The notes below the pieces were generated by a model, which was given only the letters and a program-made list of their open reading frames with translations, was not told the origin of the DNA and did not search any database. A DNA stretch of 64,000 nt from Nageia nagi (lineage: Eukaryota; Plantae; Pinophyta): positions 141,918,001 through 141,982,000 of the forward strand of contig JBITNC010000001.1 in assembly GCA_050084985.1 (NCBI GenBank), given 5' to 3'. A program made the position numbers and the translations under genes. Positions 1 through 13,643 of this stretch are shown piece by piece; the stretch's first letter is position 1; the number at the start of each line of letters is the position of its first letter.

Positions 1-565
1 TCTATCATTTCATGCTTTGTCAATATATTGATGATAGCTTTAGTGTTGTTAGTAACAAAATATTCTAATCTATCATCAAGAGCCATTACTTGATTTACAA
101 ATTTTATATTAGAAGGTATAACATCAAGATCACCATGTGCTTCAAATTCATCGATAGAATTATCCAAGTTAATGCTTTCAAAATTATCTTCATCAAGATC
201 TACTTGAAATTTATTAGGTGCATTACCAATAATACTCATTCAATTTGAATTAATGAATTCAATATCATTTTCCTCATCAGTTGCAATTCTATCAATAGGA
301 TCTAGTTCATGGAATTGCTTAGGTAGATAAGGGTTTAATCTATTGCTTCTAATTTTATTAAAATGAACTCTTCCTTTAGACACTTTAGTTTATTCCTTAG
401 TAGGTAGAAATATCTTTGGGAAAAAGATGGAAGAAACCCTAGAATTATAATTTTCTTGAGTAAATTTTCTATGAATATCATGCAAAGTATAAAATAATAA
501 CATGAAAAGATTCATGACTCCAAAAGAAAGGTTCCCTAGAATGAATTCTAAGTGTGTGGGAATTA

Positions 566-577
566 TCGGGTTCACCA
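566..577 (-). promoter_or_regulatory. Primer-binding site complementary to the tRNA-Trp 3' end
   Basis: Minus strand reads TGGTGAACCCGA, 3 nt downstream of an LTR-like CA end at 581. This matches the plant tRNA-Trp 3' terminus (...TCGGGTTCACCA). Confidence 0.65.
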
Positions 578-580
578 ATA

Positions 581-1300
581 TGTAGATAAGAAATTATGGT
601 TACAATGAAGAAATACAACAATTATAATGTCTATTAAAAAAGGAGGTGAAACACTTACTCAATATTATTGTGACTAATATATGAGAAGAGTGCACTTGAT
701 ATGATGGATAAGTGATGTACAATCTTCAATATGTGGAATTGATATATGGAGGATCAGATTGAATATGATACAAAGATTCAAGGATATTATATTCCCTCAA
801 TTTATACTTATCATCCTCAAGATCGGATGCCTTGGATCATGAAGATTCATGATGTAGATGCCATAATTATAGTCCTATTTTATGGTGCAAATGTTATGAA
901 ACCTACATAATTAAGATGCATAAAAGAGATAGCAAGTAATGAAATCTAAAAAAAAATAGATTCTCAGATAGGTGGCATCAAGAAATATCGTAAGTGATCA
1001 TATGGGAAAACCACCTATCATAGAGATCTGATAGGCATGTCAACCTTCAACTCCTCCATTATTAATCTACAAGAAAATAGAGAGAAGTGAAAGCCAACTT
1101 ATATCAATAATATAATAATTATAATATTCAAGATACTTGTAAATATAACTAATGTTTAATAATATTGCATTGGTTCTAGCACATGATGTTATCTTGTAAT
1201 AAGACCACTATCTTTACTTTTGTAATATTGATTTCATTTCTTAAAGATTTCTAAAATAAGATTTATTAAATAATTAATAGATTAATTTTAGGTGTCTACA
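581..1300 (-). repeat. 5' LTR of a retrotransposon whose body runs off the left edge of the window
   Basis: Minus strand starts TGTAGACACC and ends ATCTACA (short TGTAGA/TCTACA inverted termini), immediately followed by the PBS. Confidence 0.65.
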
Positions 1301-1938
1301 CCAACCCTTAAAAAACCATTTACCTATCTTGAGAGATAAGATTTGATTATGAAAAATCCAAACCCAAACATTACTAGGAGAGATCTAAATTGAGAAGGAC
1401 TAAAAATCATGAAGATCACAAGATAGATCCTCTTCACACATACCCAAATTGATAGATCCTATCCCAAACAAAACCCTTATATTATCTTGAGGTACAACAC
1501 TTGGTTATGGAAGTAGAAGTGATTTAATACAAAAACTTCCTTAAATCTCATAAAGATAAAAATACAATTCCCAAGAGAAATCTAGAGGAATTCATTGAAC
1601 AAGAAGTGATTCAACAAAAAGAGGGCTTTGATATCCATAGGAAAAAAATAAAATTCCAAGGAAGTATAATAGATTCACTCTTCTTGCAAGTTATCTTCCT
1701 ACTTCTAAGCTATCTAACCCAACTCTATTTTGTAGGTTTAGTTCATCATCATCATAACACTCCTCTCCATAATCATTGTTCATGCTTCCACTACCATGCT
1801 ATCCATGAATGCTTTTAGAATCTATTTTCTAAAATTTTACACCTCATTACCAAGGTACTATTGGGACAACTTAGGTACTTTCACCTATATATGTAGGGAA
1901 TCAATATTTAAACTTCTTAGGGAGTTGGTTGCATTCAT

Positions 1939-3126
1939 TTTAAAATCCTAATGCAATTTATTACACAAATAACAAAATTCCTTCAAACCAACACACATGT
2001 ATGACCTAGAAGGGCATAAAAAAGCATTCAACACCTTAATATGCCAACATTAGGGTTAGAGCTCAAGATACTAGAAAACACAACCTCACAATACCAACAC
2101 TTGGCTACAACATGCATGAAAGAGTAAATACACCACAAAATTGCATACATAAATAAGTGCACAATACAATATAAGATCAAAGTTCCCAATGATTGCATTA
2201 AAGATAAATAATGATTAATGATACAATACCAGCCTCAAAGGGCTGGACATTGGCCTCCAAGGAATCATCTAGGATACACCATGTATCTCTCATTGTTGGA
2301 AAGATGGATGATGAATGGGATAGTATTGATCCTCAGAATATGAATCCTCTCCACCAAAGGAGCCCTCCTTAAAGCCTAGTGATCAACTAAATGGTAGAAG
2401 ATCAACCTTAAAATACCACTATATGGGTTAGAGTACTACACCAAAGTTGTAAATTAATAGAATCCCTCAACTTGCTAACCCTCCTAGATGCTACACCTAG
2501 GGATCTTACTTAGTGCTGTGTTAAGACTTCTATCCTCTAGAATATATGAGTAATATTATCAAATCAGTATATCCAGCAATAAGGCTTCAAGTTCTAATAT
2601 AACTTTCCTAGATTTGGATCTCACCTCAATGTCATCACCTAGTCCCCTCAAACCCAACGTTGGTACCTATGAGTCATTATAGGCCTAACATGGGTATCTA
2701 AGCCTCCATCATGCTCCACATGGATCTAATAATGCATAAGTGCATTAAGGAGGTATGCATGGGAATATAGGAGGGTAACATTGGTATCATGGACTAATGT
2801 GGGGGGTATAAAAGTATCCCCAAGGTTGGAGCATGTATATAAGTGCTCCCAATCTCAATGTTGGGCCCATTAAGTGCTCATCCATACTATAAGTGCTAAA
2901 TATACCTTAGGATTCCCATAATCATGTTTCAAGATCTTCTAATACATTAAAACACTCTAATCTACACTTGGGAGGGAGACATCCCACTTGGGGCTCACAA
3001 TGGGGTCCAATGATCCATTAAGTCTTTTATCCCAAGTCCTAACTAATAATTAATAATTAAATATGTACAAATGGGGAATCCATTGGATTTCATAATTAAA
3101 TACAATAATCAAAGGGGTACATCACA
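1939..3126 (-). repeat. 3' LTR of E1
   Basis: Direct repeat of 6229-7315. Minus strand begins TGTGATGTACCCC after the PPT. Confidence 0.9.
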
Positions 3127-3589
3127 AAGCATCCCCTCTTGAATTTCTTGCCCTCAAGTAATGGTATAATGTTGCAACATATTAGCTTCCAAAAATCCTT
3201 CAACCTTGTTGATTGCAATCTACCAAAGTGGAATGCAACTTCAATATGTTCCCTCCATGATTAAGGTACTATGTGAAATGTTAAAGGTTTATCCTCATGT
3301 ATCAATAATACATGCAAAATTTTTGACATGTTGTTGTTGTCACTCCTTGTCCAATACCAAATTGTTATCCTTAGAAAGCATAGAAATGTATGCAAATAAA
3401 GGCTTTGAGATAATGTGCCTACAAAAACCTTAAGTAAATAATGTGAGAGTGTAAATAAGGGGATCCTTCTCTCAATAGATGAGGCCAAGCCTTCCCCATC
3501 CTCAATGTGGAATTTGAAACTATTCCAACTGCCAACTTGGAGTCCTAATCCTCCATGAATTCCAACATGGTATTCCAAACTATCTTTAT

Positions 3590-4050
3590 ACCCCATGCTA
3601 GGTATCTAAGCCTTCCTAAGCCCAATGTGAGAAGCTAACAAGACATCAACCCAATCATTGGTGACCAAACCTTGTTAACCCCATAATGGAGTTCCCAAAC
3701 TCCTCCATGCTTACCATTATGTACCAAAGTCCCTCAACCTCCTGCATGAGGTATAATAAGTTCTCTAGATCCAATGTGGGGTGTAAGAGCTCCTCCAAGC
3801 CAAACATCTAACTCTAAGTCTCCTTAGTGTCCCATGTGAGGGGTAGAAGCTCTTTCAATTCTAACATTAGGTGGTAAGTATTCTCAAGGTCCAATGTGAG
3901 GAAGCTAGCCTTCTCAAAGCCCAATGTGAGGTGCAGGAGACCCTTCAAGCTCAACATTAGATATCCTAGCCCCTTGATGTGTAATGTGGGCTATGGGAGC
4001 TCCTCATTGCTTCTAACCTTATGCTAGGACTCATCCATATCCAATGTGAT
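3590..4050. repeat. Degenerate 30-bp tandem array inside E1
   Basis: CCAATGTG/CAACATTAG-type cores recur at exact 30-bp spacing (3771, 3801, 3831, 3861, 3891, 3921, 3951, 3981, 4041). Confidence 0.75.
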
Positions 4051-4129
4051 CTCATTTTCTTATTCCTCATACTTTTGACACCACTAAACCACCTCTAGCT
4101 ATTTATTTTCCACTTATGGATAATCATCT

Positions 4130-6060
4130 CAAATCCCCTGAAATGTATGGGTCTTCCCCTCAATCTTAAAACTTATAGTGAGTTTCTGGTAGTTGGTGTG
4201 AATGTCACCCAACTCAAACAACCATTGCATGCCCAAAATTATATGAGGATATCTCTACAAAGGATAAACATAGAATTTATCCCTCACTATGTAACTCTAC
4301 GGTCTTACCCCAAACTTCTCAATGATGTGGTCTACCAAAGTGAGTTTCTCATTGGCATTGGAAAATCTAAATCCTTCAAATCCTTTGGTATTTAAGTTCT
4401 TCTTCTCCATAAATACTTCATTAATGAAGTCATGGGATGCTCCAAGATCAATCAAGACCATCACATACTAACCACTTGCTTGCCCCACCACCTTCAATGT
4501 GAGGTACTTCTTCACCCCATAGAGTGAAGTGATCATACTCCCCAATGAGCCTTTAGTATTAGACACTTCTTGATCCAACAATTCCATACCAAGATTTAGA
4601 TATGAATAATTTGTCTCTTCATTAAAAAACATCTTGATGTAAAGAACCATTCCCTTTCCTTGGTAATCATACCCTGGATCTTAAGTTTTATTATAGTAGA
4701 AGCACTTGGCTTCCTCCATTAACTTCCTTTGAGTGGCTACATCCAACTAGTTCATCTGAGGTGGAGGAAATGGTTTGGACCTACTAGGTCCCTCTTTCTT
4801 AGAAAATATATTTCAAGTGGTTGGTCCCTTATACACCTATCCTCCCTTGATGGGTTTCATAGTTGAATCTAAGTAATATGAATCCCTGATAGCATTATCA
4901 AGGACGTTGATGAGGATACCTTAGCAATCCCTTGTAATAGCTCCATCAATCCTTATATGAAGAGGACTATCAACCAATTCTTAGGAATGTGGTAAATTAT
5001 GACTACAATCTTCTAAAACTTGTACACATATTCACCAACAACACCTTGTTGTCTTAGAGATGTCAAATCTCTAAAATGGTTATTCTCCCTCTTTCTATCA
5101 AATATATTAAACAATCTCCTTTCAAACTCAATGAAAGAGGTGATATTTGAGTAATCTTAGTTGACTACTCTATTTTGCCACCATTTGAGGGCATCATCCT
5201 TAAAGTGTAATGATTTAAAGTGGATTGCATCCTCCTCTACCATATTTAGGATCAAGGTAAAATAGGTCTATAGATGATGTAGCCAAGATATAGCCATCAT
5301 CCTCTTATAATCATATAGTGACACTTAAATTTTATTAATCTTCTATTGTAGGTACCTCTTATCTCACCATGAGTTGCTTTGAGTATGCATACCATATGAT
5401 TTGCTCCCTTTCAACCTTAGTATCTTTAGATAGTCATTGAAATTTATGTCTCTCTTCAACACTAGATCCAACATGGATCACTCCTTGAAAATTAGATTCA
5501 GATCTAGTGGGCTAAGAACCTAGTTCTTTGCTTCATCTATATATTTATTGGAAAATATGGACTTGGAAAGCTTGGGAATAATGGGCTACTTCCATATCTT
5601 CCCAATATCTTCCTCTAGGAACCTCCCTTGGAGAGGTTTAGTTCCTTATGGAGCTTTATGTGAGTGGGATCTCAAGAATGTGATTTTTATATAACCCATG
5701 GATACATGATGAGTAGATCCTCAATCTCTCATATTGCAATATCTCCTTAAACTCATCTCCCTCTCTTCTCTATCCTCCTCCCATGGATCTTCTCCTTCAT
5801 TAAGGATAGGATGTGGTGGGCTCATGTGCATTTCTGACACCTCTTGAACTCCTACTTATCTGTGGATGGTTTTCAATTATTTTTGCATGGTGGTGATGGA
5901 TTAAATGATGCTATGGATAACAAATATGAGCTCATTAAATCTTCTCTTAGGTGTGGACTTCCTAGCTAGAGTAGGGCTTCTTCTCTTGGCTAATGTATAC
6001 CTCCCCCTTATCATCTCATTCTCCTCACCATAATTGTCCATATTTGGGACTTTATTTATC
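4130..6060 (-). pseudogene. Decayed gag and retropepsin of E1
   Basis: Minus-strand translation gives LHFKDDALKWWQN...FERRLFNIFDRK...DLTSLRQQG (gag), a decayed zinc knuckle near 4680-4720, then VLIDLGASHDFI...HIILGMQWL (protease). Many stops. Confidence 0.85.
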
Positions 6061-6228
6061 CATGGTCAATGATCCTCCTCTTGCTTGGATCTATAAGGGG
6101 TCTCTTCATGTTATGATTTTATGCTTTTCCTTATAGATACCATCTCCTTTCTGATACTAGATCTGGTGTAGTAGCATTAAATTATAGGTAACATTCACAT
6201 GTTGGCCATCTCTAATCCCTAATACCAC

Positions 6229-7315
6229 TATAAAATTTCTAATACAATTTCTCACCCAAATAAGCAAATTTCTTCAAACCAACACACATGTCTAGCCTAT
6301 AAGGGTATAAAAAAGCATTCACCACTTCAATATGCCAACATTAGGATTAGAGATCTAGATGCTATAATGCCAATGTTTGGCTACAACATGCATGAAAGAG
6401 TAAATACACCACAATGTTGCATACATAGAAAAGTGCATAATAAAATATGACATCCAAGTGTCCAATGTTTGTATTGAAGATAAATAATGATCAATGATAT
6501 AATACTAGGCTCAAAGGGCTACACATTTTCCTCTAAGGAGCCAACTAGGGTACAATGTGTGTCTCTCACTGCTGGATAGACAAATAATGGATGGGATGAT
6601 CTTTCTCCCTTAGAATTTGAATCCTCTCAATTGAAGGAGCCCTCATCAAAATGTGGTAACCAAATTAATGGTAGAATCTCAACTTTATAATATCACTTGA
6701 TGGGCTAGGGTGTTACACCAAAGCTATAGATTAACAAGATCCCTTAGCCTACTAACCCTCCTAGATACTGCACCTAGGGATTTTTCTTAACACTACACTA
6801 AGACTTCTATCCTATGGATGGTATGAGTAATATTATCAAATCAATATATCCAATAATAAGGCTCCTAGGGATATTATATCTTTCTTGGATCTAGATCTCA
6901 CCTCAATGTCATCACTCAATCCCTTCAAATCCTAATGTTGGCACCTAGGAGTCATTCCAAGCCCAACATGGGTATCTAGGCCTCCCTCATGCTCCACATG
7001 GGTTTAATAATGCATGCATGGGTCAAGGAGGTAGGCATGAGTCAAGGAGGCATGCATGGGAATCTAGGGGCAACGTGGGGGTCTAGAAGTCTCTCCAAGG
7101 TTGGTACATATGTACAAGTTCTCCCAAGCTCAACGTTCGAGCCATTAAGTGCTCATCCATCCTCTAAGTACTAAATAGACCTTGGGACTCCCATAATCAT
7201 ATTTTGGGATCTCCAAGTACATTAAAACACTCTAATCTACACTTGGGAGGGAAATGTCCCACTTGGGGCTCATAGTGGGGTCCAATCAAATACAATAATA
7301 AAAGGGGATATCACA
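6229..7315 (-). repeat. 5' LTR of E1
   Basis: Direct repeat of 1939-3126 with a deletion of about 90 bp near 7285. Adjacent to the PBS. Confidence 0.9.
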
Positions 7316-8302
7316 TTCATCAATTTCCTCACCCTTGTAGGCATATAAGTGAAATAATTAATTAATATTCTTTATTGCTATATTTTATGTATTATTTTAT
7401 CACTTAGCCAACATATAGTTGTTATCTCACATTATTCCTTTTTTGTGATGAAAGATACAATGATGCTAAGTGAGGTGAATTTTCCAAGAAGTAATCTTGT
7501 GTATAAGGAGGAATATTTGAGATAACCAACATGATTCAAATCTTGATAGACTAATTTTTATCATTGATTATTATCACCACTTATCAAGTTTGGATGTTTG
7601 CACCCTATTGCTATCATTGCCTTTATCATTTTGCTATTATTGTAGTATAGGTTAGATACCTTGATAGGAATTCTTAACGAATAACTTTGAGTTTGGAACT
7701 ATTATTAAGAGGATGAGGTGTGTTGCTACATAGCATGCTTAATATAGTGCATCAATATGTAAAGACTATGAATATGTAAGCTCCAAATTTTTGGGGAAGT
7801 TCATTATAATTTTATCTAGCTCATATATGGCAATGAATATTCATCATTACAAGTAAAATAACATGTATGTGTTATATTTGGATTCGTATTTGATATGGTT
7901 TAGGTCATATTGTTTTTGATTGTGGAAGATCTCATTGTGAATAATTTTGTATATTTTATTTATTATTTAATGATTTAAAATAGATATTATTTATTGAGTA
8001 AAATAATTTTTTAGTATCTATAGGTAAAAAATCCCAACATAAGAAAGAAATAAAGATAAGTATAATGTTTTAACCTAAGAAATGAACCAAAGAGATTAGA
8101 AAGAAGAATAGAGGAGTATGTGTAGTATTCTTTGAGAGATAAGATCTTGTCTCTTATAGTGTTCAATGTCAAAGGATATCTATTGAAAAACTCATTAATA
8201 TACTCTATTCATCATTGATAAGGAACCCCAAGGATTTGTAGGTGTACTATCTAGTGGTCATGCCTCTATCTAGGTAGTTCAAAACTTAACATTTTCATCC
8301 AA

Positions 8303-8525
8303 CACTAAACCAATTTTATCCTTGTAGAAAGGCTAAAAGAGGACAAATTTTAAGGGCAGTTAAAAATTACCCTTAAAGACTCCTAAGATGATAGGTTTTA
8401 AAGGAAGATTTTAAAATAGCCCTTAAATTCCCTTAATATGGTGATTTTAAATTACCTTAATAAACCATAAGAGGGTGGATTAAAACTACCCTAAAAAATA
8501 ATGTAAAAAAATTGAAAAATTACCC
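8303..8525 (+). mobile_element. Possible CACTA left terminus with subterminal repeats
   Basis: CACTAAACC at 8303 is followed by repeated AAA(T/C)TACCCTTAA-like motifs in both orientations. Similar motifs recur at about 17815-18064. No TSD found. Confidence 0.3.
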
Positions 8526-8595
8526 ATCCATCTTCTTTCCCACTCAAAAGTTTGGCAGATGCCCACAAAGTTGAAAATGGTTTTGTATTAAATTT

Positions 8596-10148
8596 TGTAA
8601 TGTTCCCATTTTTAGTTGTTTTTCCCATTTCACCTAGGATAAATGAGAATATTAATGTAGGAGTGTTTTTGTCAATATTTTTTATAATTTGACTAAAATG
8701 ATGTAAATTCCACTTAAAGACTCAACAAAGCTGTAATTATGGAATAAATGGCCCTTTTCTTTATTTATTTATTTTCCAAAATGCTAATTAATGATGTATT
8801 TGTGATACCAAGGAAACTATAGCTATAAATGCAATATTAATCTCATTAAATGAGGTATTACATATTCTAGCCTTGATGATTGTAATATTGATATTAAATG
8901 TATCTCTAGTCATTAGTGATCCCCTCTTCAAGGTAGCACATCCCCCTAGGTGATTGAATTGACTGTAAGGATATTTATAGCTCCATGGATAAACTTGACA
9001 CTGCAAACTAAGATTTTTCCATCTCAATGTAAGTAAATGATCTTAAAATATGGAAATTGAGCTTTAGAGGATCCCAAGATCCCATGTTAGCTACCTAGGC
9101 ACATGAACCGATGTCATTGATCACAAGGCACTCTGAAATAACCCTTCTTGTATGTTTATTTTTTTTGCCCTCAGATGTGATTACACTTATCCCAAGCCTT
9201 CTCATATTGGTCATTGCATACAAGAGAACACAAATCACATCTCTCCATCATTGGATCACCCCAAAGAAAGATTAGAAGATGATCATCCTCACATATAAAA
9301 GGAGAGCTCATAGCTATTATGAGATATACTAAATTTGATTATAAACCCTTTTATTCCATATTGAGTGGAGGCTCTATATTTGCCACTTGTGGGGTGACCC
9401 ACATTTGAGGTATTAGAGGGAGAGTAGGATAACTTCAAACTTTAGCCATATTGAGAGGAACATTGTTGGTTCCATCATAGTTACTATAAAGGAGACTTGG
9501 TATTGCCTCACTGCTTCTAGGATTTGTGAGGCCTTGTAGCCATCCAAAATAACCTAATAGGAGACAATCCTAGTACAAGCTCCATTTGTTGATACAAATA
9601 TTGTAATTGCTCTACTCTTTCTATATTAAATATAATTATATTCCATTATTGAAATATTGTTGTTTATCTCTCTATGGTTAGACATTGGATTTTGGAGTAA
9701 TTTTTGCATTATTTGAGTATCATTTGTGCTCCCAAATTGGGACATAGCATATGGGGTGAAGTTTGTGTTGTTTACTTGCTATTTTTTCTCTTGATTGGTA
9801 CATTGGAATACTTGGAGAATTTATTCTTGTTTGATGTATTCTTTCCTCCTAACTAGGATATTGCAATTGGAGAGGTATTTTGCATTGTTGAAGTTACTAA
9901 TTGCTCCATAATTGGGATGTTGGATCTGGAAGTGTATTTTCATTACTTAAGACCTATTTTTTCTTCTTTACATAGAATTTATATTTGTGTGTCAATTTTT
10001 GAAATATAATTGCAAAATTTATCAATCTTAGCTATACATTGGAATGCTTGTATAATTTTGGTCTTGCTTGGCTAGTTTTAAGGTTAGAATCCAAATGTCC
10101 CTCTCCCAAGGCATATTTGAGAAGTGAGCTCAGAAATGACTCATCATA
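8596..10148 (+). repeat. 5' LTR of E2
   Basis: Starts TGTAATGTTCCC and ends TCATCATA (decayed CA). Repeated at 13644-15119. Confidence 0.9.
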
Positions 10149-10689
10149 GGGGTATAAAAGCTTTGATTCTACCATCCTATTGGGAATCAAGGGTATCATT
10201 CATAGAGGATTTCAAGAGAAGTTGAAAAGACACTAAATATTGGGTACCTACATCACAGTGGTATCATATACAAAGAATTATTGAAGAGTAGTCGGAGATC
10301 TTGCCCTTGCTACTAGGTAAGAACTAAGGAGTTGTTACTAAAGGAGATTGCTAAAGGATTTGGAAGAGCTAAAAAGGACTCATTATGATATTCTATCAGA
10401 TCACATTGCAATTACAAAGAGGTCTTGTTATGGAGTTGACCTAACATCATAGTGGTTATTTTGATGGATTTCTAAAGGATAATGGAGCCCTATCTCATCC
10501 TTCTGAAAAGTTGTTGGGAATATATTATCCTTAATTCTAAATTTTGAACCTTCAAGGAGGTTCATATAGATTGAAAAGGTACATTCTCAAAAAATTTTGC
10601 ACTTTTTAATTTAAGTTGAAGTTCCTTCTCAATTTGCTTTTCAGTTTGAGGGAGGAATAAGGTGTGTTTGAAGAGTTTGAGTCCATCTA

Positions 10690-11240
10690 GGGTTAGATGT
10701 TGGTATTTTGGATCTATTTTGGTAGATTATTTGACATTTTAAGGGTACTTAAAGGAGGATGCTAATTTTCTAGGGGTATTTTTATGCCCAAAGTTACATT
10801 TTAGGACCACTAGGAGATAAATGTTGGTATTCTAAGTGGGTTTTCACCCTTGAAGTTACATTCTAGGTCACTAGAGGCTATGCATTACACTAATAAGGGT
10901 ATTTTGAGCTCTCTAAAAGGTATATGTTGGTGAATTGAGCACTTTTTAGAAGTTAGTTCTATATTTTAAAACCACCTAAAAGAGGACATTGGACAATTTG
11001 GAGGATTTTGAGGCTTAAATTGCATTTTGAAGCAAATTCTAAGTGGACATTGGTACAATGGAGGTATTTTGAGGTCCATACTACTTTTTGAGACCATTTG
11101 GAGCTATTTTGGAGGATGTATTAACATTTTGAGAGTTCCCAAGGCCATACATTAAGTTTGTGGGAGTTTTATTGAGACCTTTTCTACATTTTGAAGATAC
11201 TTGATGTGGGACATTGGCTTGTTGAGGCCAATTAGATGTT
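10690..11240 (+). repeat. Degenerate tandem array of about 60 bp in the E2 leader
   Basis: Recurring (G/A)TTGG...GGTATTTTGAG...ACATTTT units, for example the units starting at 10981 and 11042. A counterpart lies at about 25020-25620 in E3. Confidence 0.55.
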
Positions 11241-11930
11241 TTTTCTATATTCTAAGTGTCACTACTTATAATTATCAATTTATTTTCATCATTGAAGATA
11301 AGTATTGATAATCTACAAGGTTTTTCTAAACATATTGAACACTATTTTTTGGTGAATTCAAAGCTACACATCAAAGTTAGAAAATAAGGTAGTCAATTTG
11401 TTATTATTGACTAAAATTTGTAGTGGTGTCTACACCATGGAGGCTTGAGAAGGAGACATTGAGATTATTGTATTTCTATGATCAAAATTAGAGGTTAGAA
11501 GTGAGATGTTGGGAGTATAGGAAGATCTTTTTGCTAAGAGCTTGTATAAAACTCATCACTTGAGGTATCTTGTTCAATTTTCAAAAATTAGAACTTGCTT
11601 GGTATCATTTAGTTTGTGTGTGTGTGTGGATATTGAGCTTCAAGGAGGCATATTTGAATTTAGAGTTGTTTATTTTAGCCCATAATCCATAGGTTCAAAA
11701 TTTGCTATTTCATTCCATCATGGTGAGACCAAAATTCTAGGTTTGAGTATTGAGTAATTTGAGTATTTGAGCATTCCATATTTTATTATTTTCAAATAGG
11801 GAAAATAAGGGAAAAAGATAAAAAATATTTTATTCTAGTTTTTAGGTGTAATAAGGAAAGTTGAATCTCTTCCACTATATTTTTCATATTGGGAAAATAA
11901 ATTAAGCTTCAAGATAAGCTTTTACAATTC

Positions 11931-13640
11931 ATGCCCCCAAGATCTACAACCAATATCATAATAGGAATAAGAGGTAAAATTTTAGAATGGTTGAACAAAA
12001 GTTAGATACTCTAATCACTCTCTTAACTAAGATGATGACATAGATGAAAGCATCAAACCAATGGACCTCTCTTGAGAATGAAGCATCACTAAGAAATACT
12101 CCATCACTTCAAATAATGGAGTCACTTTTTATCCCCAAGTAGATTTCGAAACATGAGCAAGAAGAAGTAAGCATGGATTAGGTGCTTCAAGAGTATATGG
12201 ATAAAGCTTGAAACATTTAGGATGATTGTACCTTTTCACACATACTAGGAGACCCAAAGATGAAAAAGTTGGATGTCCCCAAAGCCATATATGATAAGAA
12301 ACCCAAAGTAATTCTACCTACTTTTGATGGGAGTGATAAAATTTCCACAAGGGCTTGGTTGCAAAAATTATAAACTTATTTCTCTCTCCATACCATGAGT
12401 GAAAAAGTAGGAATAAAAAAATAATTGTGTTTATATGAAATAGCTTATGAATGGTGGCACAATGGTGTTACTACACTTAGACATGGGAAGGTTAGAACTT
12501 TCAAAGACTTCAGCCAAAGGGTACTTGACAAGTTTAAATAAAAGCATATAGCAAAGTAATTCAAGGAGTTCAAAATGATTTGACATACAACCACCATGGA
12601 TGCATACAATAAGGAATTTCAAAGGATTATCATATCTATTACTAATATGTAAGATGGAAGGCTATCCTATCTCTTCATAGATAGATTACAAGAACCCATG
12701 AAATCATTAGTAAAAGCTATGAAACCATCTACTTTATCCATGACCATATATAATGCAAAGTTATTGAAAGGATTTAGTTACTCAAAGGGAGTTGTTACTA
12801 AGAATCTTACAATAGGAATACTAATAACTAGCACCAACAAGGAATTAATAAGAATCAAACCTCCACCACCTATTCAAAGACCAAAAAAAGGATTGGACTA
12901 TGCTACCCATGAGGTATTGAGGAAGTAATAGCTTTGCTTTACTTTTTGGAATCCCTGGAAGAAAGGAAATATGTGTAATGGAAAAGCATAAATGTAGTTG
13001 GAGGTATGTGAGGTAGAGGAAGATTTAGAAAAAGAAACAAATACTTTCCAACATGAAGTGGGTGTTCAAGACATTGGAGGGGCATTAACCACACTAAAGG
13101 AACCTTCACAATTTGTAACCATCAAGGTAGAAGGACTTATGGATAACAACAAAGTTGTGGTACTTATTAATGGAGGAGATACTCATAATTTCATAGATGA
13201 AGAATTCATAAAAAATGAAAGATTCAAAATGAAATAATTCTCTAAATTTGACATAACAATTGGAAATGGTAGCACAACTACTAGCCACAAGCTAGTGGAA
13301 AATGTCAGAGTTAAAGTAGGAGATTATGCAATCACTATTGATTTCTACATTCTTCCTCTTGGAGGATTATCACACATAGTGCTTGGGGTATAATGGTTGT
13401 ACACACTGGGAGAATTAGTTTCAAACTATAAAACATTGGAGATGAAGTTTAAAATGCATGGAAAAGAGGTAATACTTTGTGGCATAAAGGAATAAGGAGA
13501 AGCAAGTATCGAGTTCAATAAGATGGAAGATGCTAAAAAGAAGAAGGCACTACTTGAAGATTCTTGGACCAACCAAGAAAGTGTTGCTGTAGTAGTGGAA
13601 TTTTTGAATTTCTTAAGGGAAAGCAATTTATGGAGGGTGG
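11931..13640 (+). pseudogene. Decayed gag and retropepsin of E2
   Basis: LPTFDGSDKISTRAWLQKL...AYEWWHNG (gag), a decayed zinc knuckle near 12930-12980, then VVLINGGDTHNFIDEEF...HIVLGV*WL (protease). The PPT follows directly. Confidence 0.88.
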
Positions 13641-13643
13641 ACT

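Larger units (their letters stand above)
1939..7315 (-). mobile_element. Non-autonomous Ty3/gypsy LTR element with gag and aspartic protease only (TR-GAG-like), element E1
   Basis: Paired LTRs 1939-3126 and 6229-7315. TSD TTCAT at 1934-1938 and 7316-7320. Degenerate iMet PBS near 6217-6227 and PPT near 3129-3140. The 3.1-kb interior has gag and protease but no RT, RH or INT motifs. Confidence 0.9.

Noticed and set aside
566-577. tRNA-Trp gene
   Set aside because: Only the 3'-terminal 12 nt including CCA match and there is no cloverleaf, so it is a PBS.
3590-4050. Regularly spaced repeats resembling a CRISPR array
   Set aside because: The whole 30-bp unit is degenerate tandem repeat with no unique spacers or cas genes, and the context is a eukaryotic retrotransposon.
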